Part shown: one piece after another, positions 24,801 to 35,447 of the stretch | Numbering within the stretch: position 1 is the first letter of the stretch | Layout of the letters: each line of letters starts with the position of its first letter | Made by a program: the position numbers and the translations under genes | Assembly: GCA_031416315.1 (NCBI GenBank) | Contig: JANOTL010000109.1 | Location: forward strand, 1 to 64,000 | Direction of reading: 5' to 3' | Source of the DNA: Pseudomonadota bacterium | GTDB lineage: Bacteria; Bdellovibrionota_B; Oligoflexia; Oligoflexales; CAIYRB01 | DNA: 64,000 nt | Notes under the pieces: generated by a model | The model's database searches: none | The model's input: only the letters and a program-made list of their open reading frames with translations | Told to the model about the DNA's origin: nothing

Positions 24801-26006
24801 GACGACGGCTCGACGAAAGAGAAGTACCCGATCGTGTACGGCTCGACCCTGCGCGTGAAGGAAGGCGACATCCTGTCCGCCGGCGACAAGCTGGCCGAAT
24901 GGGACCCGTTCACGGTGCCGATCATCGCGGAAGTCCCAGGCGCGGTCCGCTTCATCGACTTGCGTGAAGGCGCGACGATGGAAGAGCGCGTCGACGAGAT
25001 CACGTTCCAAACGCAGCGGGTCGTGACCGAAGGTCGTACCGCCGAGCTGAAGCCGCGGATCGAGATCGCGGACCCTCAAGGCGTCACGGCGAAGGTGACC
25101 AGCACGAAGAAAGACGCCGTCTACAACTTGCCGGTCGGCGCCATCATCACCCAGGAAGACACGACCATCGTGCATCCTGGCGACATTTTGGCGAAGATCC
25201 CGCGCGAGCAGACGAAGACGAAGGACATCACCGGGGGCCTGCCGCGGGTCGCCGAGCTCTTCGAAGCTCGTAAGCCCAAAGACCTCGCGGTCATGGCCGA
25301 TCGCGACGGTACGGTTTCCTTCGGCGCCGACACCAAAGGCAAGCGCAAGCTCTTGCTGACGGACGACGCGGGCGAAGCGAAAGAGTACCTGATCCCGAAA
25401 GGCAAGCACGTCGTGGTCACCGAGGGCGACTTCGTTCGTCGCGGTGAGCTCTTGGTCGACGGACAGGTCAACCCGCACGAGATCCTCGAAGTGCTCGGGC
25501 GCGTCGAGCTGGCTCGCTTCCTCGTCGACAACATCCAGGAGGTCTACCGACTCCAGGGCGTCGAGATCAACGACAAGCACATCGAAGTCATCGTGCGTCA
25601 GATGCTGCGCCGCGTGAAGATCGTCGATCCGGGCGATACGAAGTACCTCCCGGCGGAGCAGGTCGACCGGTTCGACCTCGCCATCACCAACGGTCAGATG
25701 AAGGAAGAGGGTAAGCAGGAAGCCACGTTCGAATCGCTGCTCCTTGGCATCACCAAGGCGTCCTTGTCGACCGAAAGCTTCATCTCGGCCGCGTCCTTCC
25801 AGGAAACGACGAAAGTGCTCACGGAAGCCTCGATCAACAGCAAGGTGGACTACCTGCGCGGTCTGAAAGAGAACGTGATCATGGGACGTCTGATCCCGGC
25901 CGGTACCGGAGCCAAGGTCTATCGCGACCTCAAGGCCGAAGTTCCGAGTCGCGTGAAAGCCCCTGCCGCCAAGGCCGAAGTCGCCGAAGCTGCCTCCGCG
26001 ACCTGA
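21852..26006 (+). CDS. rpoC: RNA polymerase beta' subunit
   Basis: TTG start; NADFDGDQM catalytic motif, zinc-binding Cys residues, [13 protein letters not shown]. Confidence 0.99.
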   Translation: MKDLLNFFDKPTDPLSFNAIKISLASPEKIRSWSYGEVKKPETINYRTFKPERDGLFCAKIFGPVRDFECICGKYKRMKHRGIVCDKCGVEVIHSKVRRERLGHINLATPVAHIWFLKSLPSRIGAILDITLKDVERILYSESYVVLDPGAADVTKLKPGQVLAEEEYDAALADHGNNAFRVGVGAEAIMELLSQIRVEDLADDLRRDLKDCKAEATRKKLQKRLKVIEAFNHKDQNGNFLAKPQWMMLNVIPVLPPDLRPLVPLDGGRFATSDLNDLYRRVINRNNRLLRLIELNAPEIIIRNEKRMLQESVDALFDNGRRGKVFTGPNKRPLRSLSDMLKGKQGRFRQNLLGKRVDYSGRSVIVVGPDLKLHQCGLPKKMAIELFKPFLYNKLEEHGIVSTIKSAKKLVEKERPEVWDSLEEVTKEHPVLLNRAPTLHRLGIQAFEPVLIEGKAIQLHPLVCFAFNADFDGDQMAVHVPLSVEAQLEARVLMMSTNNILSPASGNPVIVPTQDIVLGIYYLTREDIGAHGGGKMFGSIEEVRAAYDHNGVSLQAPIIVRLRGQRVKTTVGRVLLFEILPDDVSFDFINRALGKKELGKLVNEVFRRCGPKRTVLVADALRAMGYRYSTKAGLSISIGDMVVPKIKVKLLEEAYEEVKKIKEQYSEGLLTEGERYNKVIDIWAKVTEGIAGEMFKNISTMARNDHKGVEHRVPSNNSIFMMADSGARGSAQQIRQLAGMRGLMAKPSGEIIETPITSNFREGLTVLEYFTSTHGARKGLADTALKTASSGYLTRRLVDVAQDSIISEHDCFTQDGLLLVPLRDGPEIKESLGKRILGRVPLEDVKNPETGAVVIPTGTLISEALSIEVDKASVESARVRSTLTCIAKTGCCALCYGRDLATGHLVNVGEAVGVIAAQSIGEPGTQLTMRTFHFGGAVSHAVESSALNSRFSGKVKFENLRTVANREGVLIVLSRAGEIKVLGDDGSTKEKYPIVYGSTLRVKEGDILSAGDKLAEWDPFTVPIIAEVPGAVRFIDLREGATMEERVDEITFQTQRVVTEGRTAELKPRIEIADPQGVTAKVTSTKKDAVYNLPVGAIITQEDTTIVHPGDILAKIPREQTKTKDITGGLPRVAELFEARKPKDLAVMADRDGTVSFGADTKGKRKLLLTDDAGEAKEYLIPKGKHVVVTEGDFVRRGELLVDGQVNPHEILEVLGRVELARFLVDNIQEVYRLQGVEINDKHIEVIVRQMLRRVKIVDPGDTKYLPAEQVDRFDLAITNGQMKEEGKQEATFESLLLGITKASLSTESFISAASFQETTKVLTEASINSKVDYLRGLKENVIMGRLIPAGTGAKVYRDLKAEVPSRVKAPAAKAEVAEAASAT

Positions 26007-26032
26007 TCTGTAGTGTTTTTCGAGTCCATGCG

Positions 26033-26063
26033 AGAGGGCGGTCTTAATGACCGCCCTCTTTAT
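26033..26063 (+). terminator. Hairpin terminator after rpoC
   Basis: 11-bp stem AGAGGGCGGTC/GACCGCCCTCT followed by TTAT. Confidence 0.65.
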
Positions 26064-26265
26064 ACGGGTAAGCCGCGCATGAAATCGTGGAGGCCGAGAA
26101 TTCCGTCGACAACGGTACGGGAGCGTCATTCAGATGTTGCGGCATCTTCAGTCTTTTGGTACGGATACACTCCCTTATCCCGCATAAGGTCTGTTTCTCG
26201 GGCGTGCTGAGCCCGGGTAACTCCATGATTTAGTTGATAATGTTCTCCCTGAGGGACCTCGTTAC

Positions 26266-26679
26266 ATGCCTACGATCATGCAGCTCATCAAAACCGGCCG
26301 TCACGCGGTCAAAGCCAAGAGTAAGTCGCCTGCCCTCGTCAGCTGCCCCATGCGGCGTGGCGTTTGCGTGCGCGTCTACACGACGACCCCGAAGAAGCCG
26401 AACTCGGCCCTTCGTAAAGTCGCCCGCGTGCGCCTCACGAACCAAATCGAAGTGACCAGCTACATCGGTGGCGAAGGTCACAACCTCCAAGAGCACAGCG
26501 TCGTGATGGTGCGCGGCGGCCGGGTCAAAGACCTTCCCGGCGTGCGCTACCACATCATCCGCGGCACGCTCGACACCAGCGGCGTCACCGCTCGTCGTCA
26601 AGCGCGCTCGAAGTACGGCGCCAAGCGCCCGAAAGCCGGCGCGGCTGGCGCTGCCGGTGCGGACAAGAAGAAGAAGTAA
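26266..26679 (+). CDS. rpsL: 30S ribosomal protein S12
   Basis: [31 protein letters not shown]. Confidence 0.99.
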   Translation: MPTIMQLIKTGRHAVKAKSKSPALVSCPMRRGVCVRVYTTTPKKPNSALRKVARVRLTNQIEVTSYIGGEGHNLQEHSVVMVRGGRVKDLPGVRYHIIRGTLDTSGVTARRQARSKYGAKRPKAGAAGAAGADKKKK

Positions 26680-26714
26680 TTTCCGAGTTTGCATCTCTAG
26701 GAGAGAGTTGAGAT

Positions 26715-27203
26715 ATGGCACGCCGCCGCGAGATTCCGAAACGCATCATCCTTCCCGACCCCAAGTACAAAGACGTACTCGTCGCGAAGTTCGTGAACTG
26801 CATGATGAAGCACGGCAAGAAGTCGGCCGCCGAGAAAGCCTTCTACGGCGCGATCGACATCATCGAAGCCAAAGGCCCGAACGCTCTGGCCCCGTTCAAG
26901 AACGGCGTCGAGCTCTTCAAAGCCGCGGTCGACAACTCTCGCCCCCTCGTCGAGGTCAAATCTCGCCGGGTCGGTGGCTCGAACTATCAGGTCCCGGTCG
27001 AAGTTCGCCCGGAGCGCCGTCAAGCGCTGGCGATCCGTTGGCTGGTCGAATTCTCGCGCGGCCGTCCGGGTCGCTCGATGGGTGAGCGCCTCGCCGCCGA
27101 GCTGCTCGACGCGGCCAACAAGCGCGGCGGCACGATCAAGCGTCGCGAGGACGTGCACAAGATGGCGGACGCCAACAAGGCGTTTGCGCATTACCGCTGG
27201 TAA
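26715..27203 (+). CDS. rpsG: 30S ribosomal protein S7
   Basis: [30 protein letters not shown]. Confidence 0.99.
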   Translation: MARRREIPKRIILPDPKYKDVLVAKFVNCMMKHGKKSAAEKAFYGAIDIIEAKGPNALAPFKNGVELFKAAVDNSRPLVEVKSRRVGGSNYQVPVEVRPERRQALAIRWLVEFSRGRPGRSMGERLAAELLDAANKRGGTIKRREDVHKMADANKAFAHYRW

Positions 27204-27223
27204 TCGGCAAAAGAACGAGGAAA

Positions 27224-27246
27224 GGGCGGGTCGACCGCCCTTTTTT
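27224..27246 (+). terminator. Intrinsic terminator between rpsG and fusA
   Basis: GGGCGG-GTCGA-CCGCCC followed by six T. Confidence 0.75.
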
Positions 27247-27276
27247 CATTTCCAATTATTTTTCTGAGCTGAGACG

Positions 27277-29361
27277 ATGAGCGTCAAGAAAACCGACCTC
27301 GCCCGCTACCGCAACATCGGCATCATGGCGCACATCGACGCCGGGAAGACGACGACCAGCGAGCGGATCCTCTTTTACACCGGCAAGATCTACAAGATCG
27401 GCGAAGTCCACGACGGCTATACGACGATGGACTGGATGATTCAAGAGCAGGAGCGGGGGATCACGATCACCTCCGCCGCCATCACGTGCTTCTGGAAAGA
27501 TCACCGGATCAACATCATCGACACGCCGGGTCACGTCGACTTCACGGTCGAGGTCGAGCGCTCCTTGCGCGTGCTCGACGGCGCCGTCGCGGTCTTCGAC
27601 GGCGTGCACGGGGTCGAGCCGCAGTCCGAGACCGTTTGGCGGCAGGCCAACAAATACAAGGTCGCGCGCGTCGTCTTCATCAACAAGATGGACCGCGTCG
27701 GCGCCGACTTTCCCGCGAGCGTGAGCTCGATCCGCGAGCGTCTGCAGGCGAATCCGATCCCGTTCCAGCTGCCGATCGGCGTCGAGGAGACATTCCGCGG
27801 CGTCGTCGATCTGGTCGCCATGAAGGCGATCGTGTGGGACGGCGACGAAGCCGAGAAGGGCGTGAGCTTCGACACAATCGACATCCCCGAGGCCATGACG
27901 GAAGAAGCCGCCGTCGCGCGCGAGAAGCTGGTCGAGGCGATCGCCGAGACGGACGAAGCGCTGACGGAGAAGTTCCTGGAGGGCAAGCCGATCGCCGAGG
28001 ACGAGCTCTGGGCCGCGGCGCGCCGCGCCACGATCGGCTTCAAGATCGTTCCCGTCTTCTGCGGCTCCGCGTTCAAGAATAAGGGCATTCAGCCGTTGCT
28101 CGACGCCGTCGTCCGCCTTTTGCCGTCGCCTTTGGACGTCCCCGACGCCGAGGGCCTGTCCGCCGACGACAAAGAGCGGCCGATGACGCGCAAGCGTCTG
28201 CCGGAGGAGCCGATGTCGGCGATCGTGTTCAAGATCGTCAGCGACGCCTTCGTCGGCCAGCTTTCCTACGTGCGCCTTTATTCCGGCACGCTCGAGGTCG
28301 GCGATGCCGTCTACAACTCGCGTACGGGCAAGCGCGAGCGCGTCGCGAAAATTCTGATGATGCAGGCGAACCAGCGCGAGGAGGTCAAGACCGCAGCCGC
28401 CGGCGACATCGTCGCGTTGGCGGGGCCGAAGTTGGTCGCGACGGGCGACACGGTCTGCGATCAAAAAGACCCGATTCGCTACGAGTCGGTGCAGTTTCCG
28501 ACGCCGGTCATCTCCATCGCGATCGAGCCGAAGAGCGGCGCCGACAACGACAAGTTGGTAAAGTCGCTCGAGCGCTTGACCGTCGAGGATCCGACCTTCC
28601 AAGTGTCGATCGACTCCGAGACGGGTCAGACCCTGATCCGCGGCATGGGCGAGCTCCACCTCGAGATCATCTGCGACCGTCTGAAGCGCGAGTTCAAGGT
28701 CGACGCCAACGTCGGCGCGCCGCAGGTGTCCTACCGCGAGACGATCTCGGCCAAGGCGTCGGAGACCGAGGAGTTCCACCGCGAGACGGCGGGGCTGACG
28801 CAGTATGCGAAGGTCACGATCGAGGTCGAGCCGGCCGAGCAGAAGGACGGCCTCGTCTTCGTCAACGCGTCGAAGCCGACGCAGATCCCCTTGCCTTTCA
28901 TCAAGGGCGTCCGCACAGGCCTCGAGGAGAGCATGCAGGCGGGCGCGATTGCCGGCTTCGGCGTGCTCGGCGTGAAGGTGACGCTCACGGGCGGCGCGTT
29001 CCAAGAAAACGTCTCCGACGAGATCGCGTTCAAGATCGCGGCCGCGACGGCGCTCCGGACGGCCTTCCGCAAGGCGAGCCCTTTGCTCCTCGAGCCGGTC
29101 ATGGCGATCGAGGTCCTGGCGCCGGAGAACTACCTCTCCAACGTCATCTCCGACCTCAACAGTCGCCATGCCAAGGTGAACAACGTCAGCTTGCGGGGTC
29201 ACCTGCAATCGGTCGACGCGACGGCTCCCTTGGAGGAGATGTTCGGGTACTCGACGCAGCTACGGTCGATCTCGCAGGGGCGGGCGACCTATACGATGCA
29301 GTTCTCGCACTACGAGCCGGTCTCCAAGCAAACCTTGGAGCGGATCACGGGGCGATCGTAA
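27277..29361 (+). CDS. fusA: Elongation factor G, divergent domain IV
   Basis: [40 protein letters not shown]; domain IV loops are non-canonical. Confidence 0.92.
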   Translation: MSVKKTDLARYRNIGIMAHIDAGKTTTSERILFYTGKIYKIGEVHDGYTTMDWMIQEQERGITITSAAITCFWKDHRINIIDTPGHVDFTVEVERSLRVLDGAVAVFDGVHGVEPQSETVWRQANKYKVARVVFINKMDRVGADFPASVSSIRERLQANPIPFQLPIGVEETFRGVVDLVAMKAIVWDGDEAEKGVSFDTIDIPEAMTEEAAVAREKLVEAIAETDEALTEKFLEGKPIAEDELWAAARRATIGFKIVPVFCGSAFKNKGIQPLLDAVVRLLPSPLDVPDAEGLSADDKERPMTRKRLPEEPMSAIVFKIVSDAFVGQLSYVRLYSGTLEVGDAVYNSRTGKRERVAKILMMQANQREEVKTAAAGDIVALAGPKLVATGDTVCDQKDPIRYESVQFPTPVISIAIEPKSGADNDKLVKSLERLTVEDPTFQVSIDSETGQTLIRGMGELHLEIICDRLKREFKVDANVGAPQVSYRETISAKASETEEFHRETAGLTQYAKVTIEVEPAEQKDGLVFVNASKPTQIPLPFIKGVRTGLEESMQAGAIAGFGVLGVKVTLTGGAFQENVSDEIAFKIAAATALRTAFRKASPLLLEPVMAIEVLAPENYLSNVISDLNSRHAKVNNVSLRGHLQSVDATAPLEEMFGYSTQLRSISQGRATYTMQFSHYEPVSKQTLERITGRS

Positions 29362-29441
29362 GTCGAAGCGCGAGCAGGCGGATTTTGCCGTTGACTAGGG
29401 TTGGGGCCTGCGGTTAGAAAGCCACCCTGGCCTTGTCTCTT

Positions 29442-29518
29442 GCGGGTATAGCTCAGTTGGTTAGAGCGCCACGTTGACATCGTGGAGGTCCACAGTTCGA
29501 GTCTGTGTACCCGCACCA
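29442..29518 (+). tRNA. tRNA-Val(GAC)
   Basis: GCGGGTA acceptor, loop TTGACAT, encoded CCA; TTGACT box upstream at 29391. Confidence 0.95.
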
Positions 29519-29529
29519 TCTTTTCGCCG

Positions 29530-29556
29530 ACCCTCGCGCTTTTCGCGGGGGTTTTT
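29530..29556 (+). terminator. Terminator after tRNA-Val
   Basis: ACCCTCGCG-CTTTT-CGCGGGGGT followed by a T run. Confidence 0.6.
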
Positions 29557-30558
29557 CTATGGGTCGCAGCGGTCCGTTGGCGTCACTTGGTAGCCTTTGG
29601 CCGCGAGGAGCGTGATCAGCGAGGCGTCTCCGGTCATATGGCCGACGCCGACGGCGACCAGCGCCGGACCTCCGGCGAGGTGCTTCTCCAGACGCGGAAG
29701 CCACGCCAAGTTGCGCCGGCGGATCAGCACGTCGTAGCGCTGGGCGCTCATCAGCTTTTTCACGAGCGCTTCGACGGCGGTGTGATCGCCGGTCTTGTAG
29801 GTGACGGCGAGCTCGTACGCGCCGGTGAGGTGGCGCTTGTAGGCTTCGAAGGGATCGCCCTCGAAGATCTTGCGGAAATCCTCGACGGAGAGTGGCTCGA
29901 GCAGGCCCTCCATCATCTCGAAGGTCGGCGCGAGCTCGGCCTCGGTGTCGAGGCTTGCGATCTTCTTCCCGAGCTTGCGCGCGTCGAGGAAGATCTCGCT
30001 GTCCATGTGGCTGTCGTCGCCGCGCACGAATTCGTCGCGAATATACAGGAAGTAGTTGAGCGCCAAGGTCGGAGAAAGCGCCTCGAGCACGGAGCGCCGA
30101 ATCGGCAGCATCTCGTCTTTGTAGCGCGACCAGGCGCTCGGGCCGGCGGCGCTGGCGCGCGGGCCCGCGAGCTCCTTCTCCGCCAATTTCTGGTAGGCGG
30201 CGAGGATGGCATCGCTCGGGCCGCGGTCGAGGTCGACCTCGAAGACGGCGGTCTTCGCGCGGGTGAGGCAGTCTTTGATGCGTAGGGGGAAGCTCGTCCA
30301 CGCGACGCCGGCGTGGATGGTGCCGATCAGATAGTGCGTCTCGCCGGGCTTCTCGACGCGCCATAGGTGCGTGCGCGTTGCCTTTTTCGAGAGCAAAGGA
30401 TCACGGTACTTGCGGAGCTCGGCGCTCAGGCGACGCTTGTCGGCCTCGATTTTCTGGTTCCAGCGCTCGACCTCTCCGGCGCTCAGGTCGTCCCGAATCA
30501 CGGGGTCACCGGTCACGCAACCCGTAAGGAGAACCACGAGGAAAAGGGCGCGGAACAT
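29557..30558 (-). CDS. TraB/GumN (Tiki-like) family lipoprotein
   Basis: Lipobox LTGC; HYLIGTIH, RRNLAW, VAVGVGHM. Confidence 0.85.
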   Translation of the reverse strand: MFRALFLVVLLTGCVTGDPVIRDDLSAGEVERWNQKIEADKRRLSAELRKYRDPLLSKKATRTHLWRVEKPGETHYLIGTIHAGVAWTSFPLRIKDCLTRAKTAVFEVDLDRGPSDAILAAYQKLAEKELAGPRASAAGPSAWSRYKDEMLPIRRSVLEALSPTLALNYFLYIRDEFVRGDDSHMDSEIFLDARKLGKKIASLDTEAELAPTFEMMEGLLEPLSVEDFRKIFEGDPFEAYKRHLTGAYELAVTYKTGDHTAVEALVKKLMSAQRYDVLIRRRNLAWLPRLEKHLAGGPALVAVGVGHMTGDASLITLLAAKGYQVTPTDRCDP

Positions 30559-30696
30559 GGCTGACCTCCGGGCGAAATCGTCGGGCTAGACCGGCGGAAG
30601 GAAACACGAAAAGGCCGCTGCCGCAAGGTTTTAGCGGCGAGGCCGAATGGGCTTGCGGTCATGGAAGCCCTCCACGGGGCTCTAGAGGAGTAGGAC

Positions 30697-31896
30697 ATGT
30701 TTAAACTGAGTTTCCACGTCGGACTCGTCGCGCTCGTCGCGGCGTGCGGTACGACGGAGTTTGCGAGTGGGCCTGCGGGGGGCAAGATGCCGCCGCGGAA
30801 GCCTGGCATTCAAAGCGCGGGCGATGCACGGCCAGCCGACACGCCGCTCCCCGCGGAGGAGCGCGACGAGGCGCCGCCAGCCGCAGCCGAGATCGCGACC
30901 TCACAGATTCCGCCAGGACAGTCAGGTACCGCGACGCAGATGATCTCCCCGCAAGACGCCTCGCTCGAGATTCCCGCCAGTCCCTCCGATCCCGCCGATT
31001 CCACCGCATCCCCACAAGAAGAGCCCGTAGACCCCGAGTTGCCGATGCCGGCGCCGGCGATGCCGCGCACCTGTCCGGAGACGGATCAGCACGTGCTCGT
31101 GCTGGATTTCAAATCGGGTTGGTGGGCCGGCGACGGCGGCACCTTCTTCCAGACTTTGCTGCGCGAGCTCTCCGATCCGTGCATCGCGACGGTCTCTTTC
31201 GAATACCACCACATTGTGAGTGGGTCGAACACCTCGCAGGTGATCCCGGGCGAGACCCAGACCACGGAGATGCCGGTTTTGGGCGACGTCGACTTGACGA
31301 CGCGGCATGCGGATTGGGGCAACTACTCGCAAATCTGGGTGCTGTCGGGCTCGTCGAGCGACAACCTCGACCTGCGCGTCACGGACGCGCTCTTCGCCGG
31401 CCTTGCGGCGAAGATCAAGGCCTCCGGCCTGCCGTTGATGGTCGGCAGTGGCAACGGCAACATCACCCACGCGAACGCGTTGATGACGAAGCTGGGCTCG
31501 GCGTCGCGCTTCGCGACGAGGCTTCCTGAAGGACCAGTGGTCGATGCGACCGGGTCGTTCTCGGTGTTGACGAAGCTCTTCCGCGGTGCGGCGCTCTCGT
31601 CGGAGCACGCCTTGTTTCAACGACTGTCGGCGGTCGATGGCGTGGCCGACACCGTCGAGACGGATCTCACGGCAATGCGGAGTGACTACCTCGTGGTCGC
31701 GCCGGACTTCGTCAACGTCGGCCGCAACACCGCGGCCGACTGGTCGATCGCCGCTTCTGCGCCAGGAGCGGCGCGGCGGATGGTGCTGGAAGCAGGCTTA
31801 CAGCGCTTCTACGCGATACGCGCCGGCTCGAACGAGCCGACGCGCATCTATCTGCAGAACATTCTGATCTTCTTGGGGACGCCCGAGATGCCTTAG
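30697..31896 (+). CDS. Hypothetical lipoprotein with Pro-rich linker
   Basis: GAGGAG RBS; lipobox VAAC; Pro/Ala-rich N-terminal stalk followed by a globular domain (LDFKSGWWAGDGG). Confidence 0.7.
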   Translation: MFKLSFHVGLVALVAACGTTEFASGPAGGKMPPRKPGIQSAGDARPADTPLPAEERDEAPPAAAEIATSQIPPGQSGTATQMISPQDASLEIPASPSDPADSTASPQEEPVDPELPMPAPAMPRTCPETDQHVLVLDFKSGWWAGDGGTFFQTLLRELSDPCIATVSFEYHHIVSGSNTSQVIPGETQTTEMPVLGDVDLTTRHADWGNYSQIWVLSGSSSDNLDLRVTDALFAGLAAKIKASGLPLMVGSGNGNITHANALMTKLGSASRFATRLPEGPVVDATGSFSVLTKLFRGAALSSEHALFQRLSAVDGVADTVETDLTAMRSDYLVVAPDFVNVGRNTAADWSIAASAPGAARRMVLEAGLQRFYAIRAGSNEPTRIYLQNILIFLGTPEMP

Positions 31897-33581
31897 AGAG
31901 TCTCGTTGCTGGCGACGCGGTGTGCACCTTCTTCGTCGCCGAAGAAAACGCTCGCGAAGGAGCTTGTCAGGCGTTGGAGCGCGTTCGAGCGAAGGCGCAC
32001 GCCGACGGGCATGCCGAGCTCGACTCCAGTGAGCACCTTGCTCGGGGAGATCACGACGCGAGCGTAGTTCTGAAGGTCTTGCGGGCGATCGGGGAGGCCC
32101 AGGCGCTTTTGGCTCTTGGGCACCCGGTTGATCTCGACGACCCGGCCGGAGAGCGGCGTGCGATTCGACGGGAGCATGATCTCCGACACGGCGCCGATCG
32201 TAATGCGGTCGGCGTCGTCCTGCGAGATGAGGGCGTCGACCGTGAGCTCGTGCGACTCCCGCGGACGAAGGCGTAGGACGAGGTCGCCCTTCTTCGCTTG
32301 CTCGCCGACGGCGGAGTGGACGCTTTCGACGACGCAGTCGCAGGGGCTCCTGACTTGCAGGTCCTCGCGGCGGAGGTTCAGGGCCTTCGAGCGCGCTTCG
32401 CGGACGGCGACGTCGGCGCGCGCCATCGCCACGCTCTGTTCGAGCTTGAGGCGGTTGGCGACGTCGGTCTTCGCCATGCCGGTGTCGAAGCCCTCGCCGA
32501 GGAGGCGGCTCCGCGCCTCGGCCTCGGCGAGCTCGCGCTCGGCCGTCTCGGCTTTCGTCTGCGCGGCGAGACGCAGGGACTCGTCGGCGTCGAGCTCGGC
32601 GAGCGCCACGACTTTCTCGGCGAAGAGCTGCTTCGTCTTCGCGAAGCGCTGGTCGGCCATCTCCGCCTCGCGGCGCGCGCGCTTGGCGGCGTTGCGCGCG
32701 AGCTTAACGTTGGAAACGCCGCTCTTGATCGACTCGGTCTCGACGACGCCGGCGATCTGTGCTTCGCGCTCAAGGTACTTCAGGCGCACGCGATCACGGT
32801 CGAGCTCGGCCGCGGCGACCTCGAGGTCTCCACGCAGCTCGTTGTCGGTCATCTCGAAGACGACGTCGCCTTTCGCCGCCGCGGCGCCGACTTTGAGCTT
32901 CGGCAACTCGCGGCCGTCGAGGGCGCCGTCGACCGGTGCCTTGACGTCGAGGGTCGGCGCGGAGACGGCGGCGAGCTTCGTCTCGAGGATCGTGATGCGG
33001 TCGTAGGCCAGGACGCCGGCCAAGGCGAGGATCAACGCTCCGGCGGCGATCGAGGCCGTAAGCGACATGATGCGGCGCGTTTTGCCGAAGCGCGGCAGGG
33101 GCTTTTGCCCGGCGGCCGCGATCTTCCTCTGGGCGCTGGTGCCGCCACCTTCAGCCAGGACGCCGTCGACGGAGATGAGGCGGCCCGACAGGTGGCTCTC
33201 GATCAGATAACGCAAGGTCTCCGACTGCGAGCGCGTCAGCTCCAGGAAGCGCAGGCCAGCGCGGCCGCTATCGGGGGACCGCCAGACTGGGATGACGGGG
33301 AGCGCGAGCTTGAGCTCGAAGCCGTGGCACGGCAGCGAGATCTCGACCACCGAGGTGCCGAGCGTCGCGCCCGCGGCGACGCCCCGGATGCCGATGCCCC
33401 CGATCGACACGTCGCGCAGCTCGAACGGCGCGCCGTTGAGCGTGACGAGCGAGTTCAGCTCGACGCGCATATGGTGCCGATCGCTCGGCCCGTCGCGCTC
33501 GATGCGCGCCGGGACGTCGCTCGTCCCCGCCTGGATGCCGCTGCCGCTTTGTGCGGCCTCCGATCCGTCCTGTAGATTCAT
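31893..33581 (-). CDS. alg44: Alg44-like c-di-GMP-binding co-polymerase (PilZ + TM + membrane-fusion domain)
   Basis: PilZ motifs RHHMR and DVSIGG; LSGRLISVDGVL; one TM; coiled coil; SPCDC barrel-sandwich; ATGA overlap with alg8. Confidence 0.8.
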   Translation of the reverse strand: MNLQDGSEAAQSGSGIQAGTSDVPARIERDGPSDRHHMRVELNSLVTLNGAPFELRDVSIGGIGIRGVAAGATLGTSVVEISLPCHGFELKLALPVIPVWRSPDSGRAGLRFLELTRSQSETLRYLIESHLSGRLISVDGVLAEGGGTSAQRKIAAAGQKPLPRFGKTRRIMSLTASIAAGALILALAGVLAYDRITILETKLAAVSAPTLDVKAPVDGALDGRELPKLKVGAAAAKGDVVFEMTDNELRGDLEVAAAELDRDRVRLKYLEREAQIAGVVETESIKSGVSNVKLARNAAKRARREAEMADQRFAKTKQLFAEKVVALAELDADESLRLAAQTKAETAERELAEAEARSRLLGEGFDTGMAKTDVANRLKLEQSVAMARADVAVREARSKALNLRREDLQVRSPCDCVVESVHSAVGEQAKKGDLVLRLRPRESHELTVDALISQDDADRITIGAVSEIMLPSNRTPLSGRVVEINRVPKSQKRLGLPDRPQDLQNYARVVISPSKVLTGVELGMPVGVRLRSNALQRLTSSFASVFFGDEEGAHRVASNETL

Positions 33582-35248
33582 GGAGCCCCATCCCCCCCAA
33601 TTGACCCGACGATCGGGCGAAAAGCGCTCGCGGTCGGCGACGGCAGGGCCTTGCTGGCGATGGCCATCAAGGTCAAGAACGTCGCGCCCGCGAGCGCCGT
33701 GAAATACCTGGTCCAGAAAAGTTGCTTGAGCGAGGCGCGCGCGCTCGAGAGTCCTTGCCGCGTCCAGCTTTGCTGATCGATGCGGAAACTCATGTGAATC
33801 TTCAGCAAAGCGCCGTAGAGCTGCGTGTAATAGAGCAAAAACGGGAAATGCGGGCTGACACGTCCGCGCAGGGCGCCGAGCGCCACGCCTTGGAAGAAAC
33901 GGCTGCAGAGGACCCATACGGCGTAAGCGACGAGATAAGCAGGATTGCGCGTCACGGCGCTCAGCAGGGCGAAGCTCGGGCCGCACAGCGCGGTCCACAT
34001 CGAGATCCGCTGGTCCAAGAGGCAGAACCAGGTGAAGAGGCCCGCACGACGCGGTCCGAGGGCGACGGCGCGGCCGTTGCTCCTCAGCATGTTGCCGAAC
34101 CAGCGGACCATGAGGCGCGTCGTGCCCTCGACGAAACGCGGCGTCGGCAACTTCTCGAAACAGCCGGTGGCGAGATCCGGCAGATAGAGCATCCGGTAGC
34201 CGTGGGAGAGCGTCCAGTACCAGGTTGATTTGTCGTCGCCGGTGAGGAACCTGAAATTGCCGTGGCGCCAGTGGTCGACCGCGTCGTTCTGCAGGCGGTC
34301 GATGAAGCTCGGGTCGGTCGCGACGGAGGCTCGGAACATGGAGAAACGCCCGGTCAGCACGAGGAGGCGGCGCGACAACGACAGTGAGGACATGGTCATG
34401 TGGCGATGCGCAAGGCGCAGATCGTACCACTCCTTGACCCAGTCGTTGCCTTCCACGATGGCGTAGTTGTCGGTCGTGAGCGCGCCCAGGTCGGGCATCG
34501 TGCGGAAGAAGCCGACGGCTTTGTGGAAGGTCCCGCGCTTCACATAGGTGTCGCCGTCCATCAGGAGGACGACGTCGTCGGGGCGTGGACGGCGGCGCAC
34601 GATCGCGCGCAATGCTTCGGCCATCGCGTCGCGCTTGCCCGTTCCGGCCTGCCGCATGAGGACCAGGCTGACGCGGCTACGGTCGGCGAGGCGCGCGTGC
34701 AGGGAGGTGATGTAGCGCATCTCGGCGGTATCGGTGACCGCGGCGACGATGGTGACGGGAGCGCCGTAAGCGGAGGCCTCGCGGAAAAGTGCCTCGTACA
34801 CTTTGTGAGTGACTTGCGCCTCCATTCTGTAGCTGGTCACGAGCGCGAACACGCGCGGAAGCGTGCGCGTCGCGAGAGCTTCTTCTACGGCGGCGTCGGC
34901 GGCATGGCGGTGGCGCGGGAACGAGACGAAGCGGTACGCGAGATAACGCGTGAAATGCACGAGCGCCCAGGCATAGCGCCACGTGCCGATCACGCCGAGC
35001 GTGAAGAAGACCTCTTCGTGACCGGGCGCGATCAGAGAGCGCGGCAGGAAGCCGTAGAGCGCCAAGAGCGCGGCGATCCACAGCGCGAAGCCCAAACGCC
35101 GCGAAAGCGGCGAGGCGAGCGTCGGAACGGAGATCGGGTCGGCCTCGGCGGCGACCGGCTCGTCGTCACGGCGCCGGCCGCGAACAACCGAGCGCGCTTC
35201 GCGTTTGGCGACGCTCGTCTCTTCGGTTCGCGCTCGTGCCGAGAACAT
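33578..35248 (-). CDS. alg8: Alg8-like GT2 mannuronan synthase
   Basis: IGTWRY, VTSYR, GTGKRDAMA, DGDT, LTTD, VLTGR, FLTGDDKSTW, RWFGNMLR, LDQRISMWT. Start is approximate. Confidence 0.85.
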   Translation of the reverse strand: MFSARARTEETSVAKREARSVVRGRRRDDEPVAAEADPISVPTLASPLSRRLGFALWIAALLALYGFLPRSLIAPGHEEVFFTLGVIGTWRYAWALVHFTRYLAYRFVSFPRHRHAADAAVEEALATRTLPRVFALVTSYRMEAQVTHKVYEALFREASAYGAPVTIVAAVTDTAEMRYITSLHARLADRSRVSLVLMRQAGTGKRDAMAEALRAIVRRRPRPDDVVLLMDGDTYVKRGTFHKAVGFFRTMPDLGALTTDNYAIVEGNDWVKEWYDLRLAHRHMTMSSLSLSRRLLVLTGRFSMFRASVATDPSFIDRLQNDAVDHWRHGNFRFLTGDDKSTWYWTLSHGYRMLYLPDLATGCFEKLPTPRFVEGTTRLMVRWFGNMLRSNGRAVALGPRRAGLFTWFCLLDQRISMWTALCGPSFALLSAVTRNPAYLVAYAVWVLCSRFFQGVALGALRGRVSPHFPFLLYYTQLYGALLKIHMSFRIDQQSWTRQGLSSARASLKQLFWTRYFTALAGATFLTLMAIASKALPSPTASAFRPIVGSIGGDGAP

Positions 35249-35447
35249 CGACTCACCAGGCCCGGCCTCAGAGAGGTCGCACAAAGGGTTTTGCGAGGCG
35301 CAAAGAACTGACGAGCTTTTAGCAGCTCGGGCCATTTGCCGCAAGCGGCGGAGACCGCAAGCCCTTCCCGGCCAAAGCTGCGCATGAGAAGGGTTTGCGG
35401 GCTTTTGACCTTCGCCGATCGGAAGAAAATCGGCTATAAGGGCGACC

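Noticed and set aside
33582..34430. 845-aa version of the Alg44-like ORF
   Set aside because: The extension overlaps alg8 in another frame and is not protein-like; the ATGA overlap at 33581 is the better start.
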